Source: Vermamoeba vermiformis
Lineage: Eukaryota
Direction: 5' to 3'
DNA: 64,000 nt
NCBI GenBank assembly: GCA_045837725.1
Contig: JBEWZL010000137.1
Location: 62,001-126,000 of the forward strand
Under the pieces are notes generated by a model. It did not search any database and had not been told where the DNA came from. It was given only the letters and a program-made list of their open reading frames with translations. The translations under genes and the position numbers were made by a program. Shown here piece by piece: positions 51,767 to 64,000 of the stretch; the first letter of the stretch is position 1; every line of letters starts with the position of its first letter.

Positions 51767-53686
51767 ATGAGCAATAAAGAAGAACGAAAGAATTTGCTCG
51801 AAGATTATTCGGTATCAGAAAACAAGGGAGATGATTTATACACGAATATATCGGACAACCGTAATCAGAATGGTAATAATAATTTTTTGTCTTTTTTAAA
51901 TTATGGTCTGAATTATATGACACAACAATATTAAATATAAACTTGGATAACACAATATGGATCAAGAAAACGACCATGAAGGCGTTTCTAACGTTACTTC
52001 ACCAGTGGGACTGTTATCACCGCACATTGACGACGTCAAGTCAGAGCGACAATCAGATCTGTTATCTCCAGCCACTACCGATCGTTTATTAAGCTCTGAT
52101 CGAAAAAAGATTGTTGATTTCAACAAATACGAAGAGATCTGCGAACAAAAAGAACAGGTAAATTAAATCGTACACACATTAATGAAATTACGTAACATGA
52201 TAGCTCGGCGTGCAATATATAGCATCTAAATAACGTAATAATTATTTAGAAAATCTTTTGGATGGAAGAAAACGGAAACAAAATTCGGGAATATTCAGAG
52301 GAGCAATTTATAGAAAGGCTTATCAAAGAAGATAGTAAGTACATACGTGAGCTACTCAGTGGTCTTCTATCATCTTTACGTCCTCTTTATTAAAATACAT
52401 CGGATCTAATAAATTTTCAGTGAACTACGAAACAGATAGTCTCTTGACGCATTGGATCGACATTCAATATCCATCGTCGCGAGTGCTAAAGAAACTGGCC
52501 AAAAAGCTCGATATTCATCCTCTGACAATTGAAGATTGTTTGCATCATCGCGAGACACGAGAAAAGAACGAGTATTTCGACGATTACAGGTACACAATTC
52601 ATTTAAATACAATGCAAATCTGACGCTCACCACACTAGATTTATTGTGCTGAATGAGATTCACTTCCCTCCTGGCTCGAACGAACTGGAGAAGTTGCCAA
52701 TCAGTATTATTTTGACTCGAAATACTGTCATCACCACGCACTTGGTATGAGACATAGTACTGTAAATGCTAATAATAACATTGCATTAATAGGGACCTGT
52801 CAAAACAATCGATCAAGTGCTGGACAGATTGCGACAAGTATCAGGTCGTCGACGTCACTCAGACTGGATCTTGTACGCGGTGTTTGACTCGATCATTGAC
52901 ATGTTTTGGATCTACGTGCAGCAAGGCATCATGGAAGCTAGCTCCCTCGATGATCTCGTGCTGATATTGAGTGCGCACGAGCAGAACGATCTCTTGCGAC
53001 GCATTGGCATGGCACGTCGTCGCGTGATGTACCTGCGCGCTCAGCTACTGCGCAAAAAAGATCTCTTGATGGGGCTCTTGGCTAAGAGTCCTGCGCAGAA
53101 GAAAAACCAGCCCGATCCATGTACGCAATCGGGACACTATTACACACCTCTCTAACCTTTGTACTGTTAGCTGCACTTAGTCGCAACACCAGAGTGTATT
53201 TGCGAGACGTACTGGATCACGTCACAACGTATGTTATTGACTCTAAATGTTCCCAACCACTAACCTTTAATAGTATGCTTGAAGACGTAGAGTCAACCAA
53301 AGAAGCGATTGGTAACTTGAACGCCATCTACTTGGCCAGGTAATGTGCTCGTACTGTACCATGGACATGACTGACCAGTGTGCAGAGTGTCCATTGAAGT
53401 AGCACGAGTCAGCAACCGCATGAACTCGGTGGTAAAGACATATTCAGCTGTGGCAACTATTTTCTTGCCCCTGACACTCGTGACAGGTCTGTTCGGAATG
53501 AACGTCAGAGTAAGTCACAGTCTTGTAGATTCTGTTGTCAACACGTAGCTAATCCATGCTTCCGCACAGGTCCCTGGCAGTGGTGATACTAATGGTGAGA
53601 TTGCGTGGTTCTTCGTCATTCTCGGAGCCATCATTGCCGGCGGTGTAGTGGCCCTCTCACTCTTCATTCGATTCAAGTGGCTATAG
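51767..53686 (+). CDS. CorA-family Mg2+ transporter, paralogue 2
   Basis: LDIHPLTIEDC, REKNEYFDDY, DWILYAVFDSIID, VYLRDVLDH, LPLTLVTGLFGMNVRVPG. Confidence 0.93.
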
Positions 53687-53987
53687 GAGATATTGGCTGG
53701 TCAAATACGTACAACTCATTGACGGGGTGCTTTATGGATTAAAAACCCTCTCGTTCTCGCAGAATCTCAATCCTCAGAGTGGATCTAGAAGGATCCAAAT
53801 TCTGCAAGCTGACAACAAATGTCTAATGGATTGTAATCCTCGTAATTATCGCATAAAAGAGAACTCGCGTCGATACACTGCCGTACCGGGAATAATCCCT
53901 GAATTTCTGTGTTAGCCACTTTTTATGACGTTTTGCGGCAACAATTTCATTTATTGTGTTTTACTACAGCCACAAGCAACAACAGAC

Positions 53988-57338
<3,351 letters not shown>

Positions 57339-57399
57339 TTGTAGTGCTTTGTCATGTAAAACTACTCATTTAACACAAACAACGCGTCAATTTATTTGC

Positions 57400-58351
57400 T
57401 TAGCACACCATGTAGGAATCAATATCAGTGGAGTTGATAACGTAAGCACGAATGATGTAGTCGAGTTGAGGGAAGTTCTGCTTCAAATAGGTGTTGCCTT
57501 GGGTGTAAATCTGACCTTGATCGGGATTTTGACCGTAGCCGGAGTAGATCGCAGTGGCGACTGACATGCCCTTCACGACCTTGCCAAAGGGAGCAAAGCC
57601 TTGCGAGTCCAAGAAGGAGTTATCTACAAAAGGGTCAACATCATTTGAGTACATTGAGCGATGGACGTACCAGCGTAGTTAATGAACAATTGAGTGGTGC
57701 GCGTGTTGGGACCAGCAGTGGCGTAAGTGATAGTGCCGTACACTGCAGTATTGGGTTAAAATAGAGACTCTTAATTATAGTAGTCAGCTTACCATTGGAC
57801 AACAAGACAGGATCGTCTTGAATATTCTTGTTTTGCCATGCTTGGCTGATCTTCGGGTTACCGCTACAAACACTTAGTACGATGCGTGATATTACTTTGG
57901 AGCTACTAACCTGATGCCGAATTGAACAACAAAGCCGGGAAGAACACGGAAGAAACCGTTGTTATTGTAGTAGCTTCCACCGGCCAAGGTCAATAATTCG
58001 TAAAAGCGATCGACACCAAGGGGAGCATTTGAGCGCTTAATTTTCAAAACTATAATAAATTAATTAATATTCAGAGATCGCTATTTCATAAGCGCTTGCC
58101 TTTGTAAAAATAATGAACTAGTAAAAATGAAACTTGAATAAAAGTAAATGGAAATTTACCCTCATAATTCGTGATTATTTTTAAAATAATCTACTTTAGC
58201 TAATATGATCCTTACTAATTTTGCCATCGTCTACTTTTACAGTTGTATCAAATCCCACAAAAAATTCCTCGGGTGCTTTAACAGCTGTTTCAGAGGCTTG
58301 CAAGCAGACAAATAAGGCGAAACAAACGCCGAGGGCAATTAAGAACTTCAT
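57400..58351 (-). CDS. Secreted cyclophilin-type peptidyl-prolyl isomerase
   Basis: Signal peptide MKFLIALGVCFALFVCLQA; APLGVDRFYEL, FFRVLPGFVVQFGI, AGPNTRTTQLFIN, LDSQGFAPFGKVVKGM. Confidence 0.93.
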
Positions 58352-58480
58352 GTTATGTATTGATGTCTTAAAAGCTTGGACAAAAGGCGCTAGATTTTTG
58401 GTTTGTGACAAACTTTATTTTATTAAACGAGATCTCGTCAAGAGAAGCGAGGTTACATTACAAGTCCTTTTATTGTGCGA

Positions 58481-61400
58481 TTACACGATCTTGAACTGAT
58501 TGTACAACAGCTCTCGTACTTTGTAATAGTCCTCGCACAACATGCCGTCAATCTTGATGTCAGATCTGCCTTCTTTTTCTTCTTTGCGCAGTGCCACGGT
58601 GCCGTTCACGACGAGCACACCGCGACGGAACTCAGTTTTAAAGCCTTGTTGTTGCAACAGCGTCTTAAAGTCGTTCAACTTGACGTCACCCAAGAAGATA
58701 GCAGGGTGTTCGCGGATTTGTTCGGGCGGCAACAGATCCAGCACGGGATCGATTTCCATTCGCTCGGGGAACTCGTTCTCAGCTTGACTGCCACTCGTCA
58801 CATTCAACACACGCGCAGACATTGACGGCAATGTGATGACACCATCGACATAGGCGATCGAATAGTCATTGACCTAGTGTCATAAAGAGTGTTATGAACG
58901 AAAATCAAAATGAATAAATGCACCACGCGTACCTTGATGAAGTTGAGGGACTCCAAGAAGTGGTCCTTGAGTCTAATCTTGTAGATATTGATATCACTGG
59001 TCACATCCGCTGTCTCGTTGATAGCAGGGGCGAATACAGTCTGTTGTTTCGAGCCCGACTGAGCGGTGACATTCTTCTCGCAGTACTCGTACAAATGTTC
59101 TGTCGCTTCCGGGCTACCGTGAATTAAAATCTAAAGGGCTGTGAGCACACCTATTCATTGGTAGTATTATAGTGAAGTACTTACTAGTTTTCTCGGATTA
59201 ACGTGATTGATAATCTTCTTGATTGAACGGCCGTCAGATCTGCCTTCAAAGTCGATGTATTTGATTTCGAGATTGATTTCCAGCTGTAAAAAAACATTAG
59301 GACTGATAGCCAATGAAAAGGCACCTACATCAATGTTCTTGACAATGATCTTGGACGGAATTTCCTCGGGTGGTGGAGGTGGCGGGGCTTGCACGGGCTC
59401 TTCTTTCACTTCGAGACCTGGTTTCTATTGGCCGTGTCAATAACAGTACAAATATAGTTAATGTCGCGTACTCGTTTGCGCATGACGGGTGCAGGTTCGT
59501 CATATGGATTGAGCATCATGTAATCTTCTGCGCGAATCACCTCGCCGTAGTCGTCGTACAACGCTCTTTTTTCCATATAAGGAAACATAGGCAGTGGCAC
59601 AGGTATGTCTTGAATAGCCTAATTGAAGTGGTTAATACCGATCATAGTACTATTATTGTTATTGCACGCACTTGATTCTTTTCTTTCATCAAGTCGCGCT
59701 GCTTCTTCTTGAAGTTGTGTTCCAGCAAGTCCGTGTAGAGATCATACGACTCCCACAAATTATACAGTGACTTGGCTGAATCAACATCCTCGCCTTCATA
59801 GTCAAACATCTTCGACAGTTCTTTTGCTTTTCTTGTTTTCTCTTCTTCATCGCGCTTTTTAGCTAATTGCGCTTCTTTTTCTTTGCGCTTCTTGGCCTCA
59901 AAATCAGCCAATTCTTGACCTTCAAGGGGCACTCGGTGATGATACTACAAAGCACATTAATAAGACTCGACTAATATATCATGCTGCATACCATGAACTG
60001 AATTCGTTTTGGTCTGTTCGGTGCCATCAATCGCCGTGCTAAACTGCCAGCATAACCTAGATATCATTATTAGTAATGGTGCTTGTATTATGTAACTCTA
60101 CTCGTGCTCGTACTTTTATCAGGGAACAACAGCAAGTTCTTTGGCTCGCTGGCCCATTTGATAAACAAATCACGTGCAAAACCACATTCTAAACTAGGGA
60201 ATGACGTCACAACGACTGCTGGTTTCGGCAGCGAACTCAATTCTTCAATGCTTGTGATGGTTTTGACAAAGCTGCGATAGTGTTAGACCTAGGTCTATGA
60301 TACAGTAATACCATTGTGATTACCTAAAGTTAAACTGGTTCTCGCGATTATTGTCGAACTTCTTGACAATTGCATCGCTCATCCATTCCAACATACTCTT
60401 TGCGAATTCAATTGAGGACGTAGAAACGTAGTTCAACATGCACACTGAATAAGGGTGCCTTAACAATAGTAATTAGAGCGTGAGTTAAGGTAACCATGAC
60501 ACGTGTCATACTTGTAGAGTTGCCAGTACTGCTCCAAACACACTAACAGCTCGAGTGCTCGGCCAGTGCTGTCAGTTGGAATCAACACATTGCCGTCACG
60601 ACGCAGTGTGTTCATTAGACTCTCTGTGCATAGTATCGTTATTAGTCAAAGGTTGCTTTAAGCACTAAGAGCTTGTGTCCTACCGAAGAATTCAGTGTCA
60701 CGATTGCGCATGTTAGTCTCCGCACTCAACGCACTGTACGCGTCAGTAATCAACAGCGTGGGTCTGTTCAGTGTCTCTAACACCGTGGGATTCAAGTGTC
60801 TGAATAAGGCGCGTTAGATACTCGATTTAGTGCGTGGTTAGCTGTGCCCGTACCGTTCTTTTTTGTGGTTGTAATCCACGGCGTAAACAATCTCTTCGGT
60901 CTCTTTTTTAATCTTCCAAATGGTGCCACCAATGATGTGACCAGCCGCGTAGGGCGTGACTTCAATATTTCCGGCCTTGCCTAATCATACGATGGTATTA
61001 GTATAAAAATATAGTCTTATTTACTAGTGCGTACCGGTCAACAAAATGTGCTGCGAGTACTTGAGTTGCGTGACCTTGTCGAATGCATTATCAACATCGT
61101 CGAGTGTGAACATATCAAAATCTGATTGTTCGTGCTTGGACTGATACAAATCATACATAAACATAAGGCCCATTTTATATACAGGAATGGTCGCGTAGAC
61201 TGGAGCCTGGATGTACAAATGAACGTTAACAAACAATCAATGGTACTTAAAATCGATCATTACCTTTAAACCATATCTACTGCAAGCATAAGGCAGTGCA
61301 CCGAGGTGATACAGATCCGGATAACTCAATAAAACTGCATCTACTGATTTTGCGACTCTAATAAATTTTAAATTAATTTAAATAATGCCAATATTCATAT

Positions 61401-61629
61401 TAAACTTAAAATAGGTATTACAAGCCTCTTGATATTATAATTGAATTATTTCGAAATTTTTATTTTATCTTTTTCTGTACCTTTTCAAGTTCTCTAATAA
61501 TCGTGCGTCTAATGATTCATTCCATCCGCAATCGAGTAATATATTATAATCGTCGATTTGAAGTAAGTAGCACAACGGATCCTCTGATTTGGCACCCAAG
61601 AGCGGGGTGAACTTTACGATTGATGTCAT
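58481..61629 (-). CDS. CPSF2: Cleavage and polyadenylation specificity factor subunit 2 (CPSF100)
   Basis: [79 protein letters not shown]. Confidence 0.97.
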
Positions 61630-61795
61630 TCGAGGGACTTGGAAATGACTTGACTAATGTACTATACTAAGTCGTAAGTGAGTCAAATAGGCCTCTATTG
61701 TTGCTTTTGGTCACGCGCAACTGATCGACACGAGTCAATAAAAAATTGTTTTGTCATTGTATTTTTACTTGTGTCAATAACCACCGGTGTGTAGT

Positions 61796-64000
61796 ATGTG
61801 GAGCAGACTATTAGTACGCCCGTCCTTATTGGCCCTGCGGTGCCCGAGTGTAACAGTGAGTTCACCTGCTGCATCTTCCAGGATGATCCGAATTAAAATT
61901 AAAATAATTAGAAAAATACAAATAACAGTATTATACCTTTTATTAAAATGCATTCGTATAATAGAAAGGAGAAAAATTATTTTCAAGCGCTGGCGGACGA
62001 CTTCACCAAAGATCCAGGCAGATTAGATCGACACTCCCCTCATTTTGTAAATTATACACCACGGACTTACAAAATAATACCGAGGCAAAGAATGATGTAG
62101 AAAAATTAGAGGAGAAAGTCGAAAAGAGTACATCGACGAAGAGATCCAAACCCGAAGGTAACGATCAGGATCTGATCCTGTTTACAATAAATTAGGAAAT
62201 TATAAATTTGATATTATATTATAATAGCCCGTCATTCAATTATAATAAACATACTCTAATTAAATTATTAAATTCTAGACGGCCAAAACATAGCCTCACG
62301 CGCTAAAACAAAGCGAAAAAACAGTCGCCTGAGCAAGAAACAGACGACTGAAGTTCCAGAGAACAATGAAAGCTTGACGCAGGATGAGAGGCAGTTAAAT
62401 CAACTCAAATCAATCAAAGCCAATCCTCATGCCGTGCTGCAAACGTTCAATGAATTGCAGCACAAGACAGTGCAGGCCTACACACTCGCGATCAAAGCAC
62501 ACATCGACCTCAATTCGCTGTTTGCCGCGCTGGATCTCTGGCACGTGATGGAGAAGGACCCGAATGTCAAGTTGAACACGATGGCTTACAACAAGTTGAT
62601 GCACATCCACTACGAGATGCACGAGTACGAGAAGATGATTGAGGTCTACCATCACATCGCGCAACACTACAAACCAAACATTGAGACCTTCCATCGCCTA
62701 ATAATCATGGCTACTAGTCCTGAAGTAAACTCCGTCGAACAGGTAACAGAATTAGTCCCTGCAATCTGCACCGTGATCTGACTTGCCGTATTAGGTGAAT
62801 TGGATTGCATCTGAAATGCAAAAATATGTTTCAGGTGACTTCTTCCTGACCTACGAACTGTTCAAATTTTACGCCTCTCACGACATTTGGGACTCAGCGG
62901 ACAAGTATCTCGCCTCGTTAAAAGAACAAAAGAATTTACCTCCCGTACTCCCTTTGCGTAAGTTTCGAATATTGTAGTGCCATTAGTTGACACGTGTCAT
63001 TTGCAGTTCTCCAAGTTGCCAATCTGTTGAAGTTGGTCAAAACCAATCCCACTGCCACGGAAGAGATCAACAAGTCATGGGACGACTTCAACAAGAGCAT
63101 CAAGCCCCGCGAAGTCAGTTACTATGGCCGCTTGTTGAACGAGTTGTTGACCACAGACATCCTCGAGCATTTCTTGAAGCGTAAGTGACACAGTCTGTCT
63201 ATAATACCGTGCTAATAGTGCTGCAGATGATGACGCGAGAGCACACGAAGTCATTGAACGTATTACTCTTATCATGCGCGACTCAGAAGCACGAGCAACG
63301 ACTATGCGCCAACTGGTTACGAGTGCACAAAAGGCGTACAGATTGGACATCCTGCCTGACTTTGAACAATGCCTTGTCAAGTACAAGCGACAGGGTGTGC
63401 TCGCTGATTTGGGCTTCACTTATGCTTACAATGGATTAAACGACAGTACGTGAAAAAATCATGTCGTTGATCCGACTAACTTTGGAAATAGATTTGAGAC
63501 AGTTCATTGAGAGTCCGTTCAGTGATCACTTAATCATGAGCCAATTGCATCACATTATGCGCGGCATGTTATGGTGCAACACTGCCACCAAGAACCGCAG
63601 ATATTTCACAGTACCTAAAGAAGGATTTGACACTCCTGAACAACACCTTAAGAACGTCGAAGCAGCGCTAGAGTTCATTCCCTTGTTGAACAAAAAATAT
63701 GGCTTCGAGCCTACAATCGAGACCAAGACATTGATGGCACTGGGCTACATCAAAGCACGAATGAACGATCGAGCACGCGAAGTGTTAGCTGATGTGAACC
63801 CCGAACAATCAATGAACTTCAATTTGTACAAGAAGACTATGAAGTACCTCAATAAGGTAAGACAATCAAGGCATTTAAAATGTGATTGCTAATGCTCTTG
63901 TGTCAGTCCAAGGACCGCATGACTGCAGTGAGACAGCCCAACAACTTCTGGCGTGAAGTGTCGCAAGCTATTGACGAACAAGACTGCGATCAATTGAAAA
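61796..64000 (+). CDS. Pentatricopeptide-repeat protein with probable mitochondrial presequence (runs off window)
   Basis: MWSRLLVRPSLLALR presequence; PPR-like units TVQAYTLAIKAH, NTMAYNKLMHIH, PNIETFHRLI. Confidence 0.75.

Overview
Gene-dense, intron-rich nuclear DNA of a unicellular eukaryote. An amoebozoan-like protist is inferred from gene content only (SH2/Cbl-like signalling protein, PP2C-like domains, ICA-domain protein, giant-virus-type ankyrin protein). I can support about 27 spliced protein-coding genes, including a PTP, lysA, TMX2, HPPD, a PH/coiled-coil protein, an Upf1-like helicase, a kinase, RNF141-like, WIPI3, MON2, FANCJ-like, ZnT6, two CorA paralogues, AlaRS, a cyclophilin, CPSF2 and a PPR protein. 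There is also one intronic tRNA-Trp and a ~2.5 kb CpG-eroded transposon-like island. Gene coordinates are hand-spliced outer limits. Main observations: (1) gene bodies are saturated with three palindromic motif families (CACGTG; CArG/MEF2-type CC(A/T)6GG or CTA(A/T)4TAG; TGACAnnTGTCA), which imprint on protein sequences but were not seen in the codon-biased AlaRS exon; (2) the intronic tRNA-Trp(CCA) has a 4-bp anticodon stem although UGA is still used as stop; (3) a candidate self-cleaving (peptidase S74/ICA) transcription factor; (4) a SAM-EF-SH2-SH2-PP2C-pseudoPP2C protein; (5) CpG-deamination evidence for 5mC on a repeat; (6) a strand-specific TGTA(A/C)ATA 3'-end signal.
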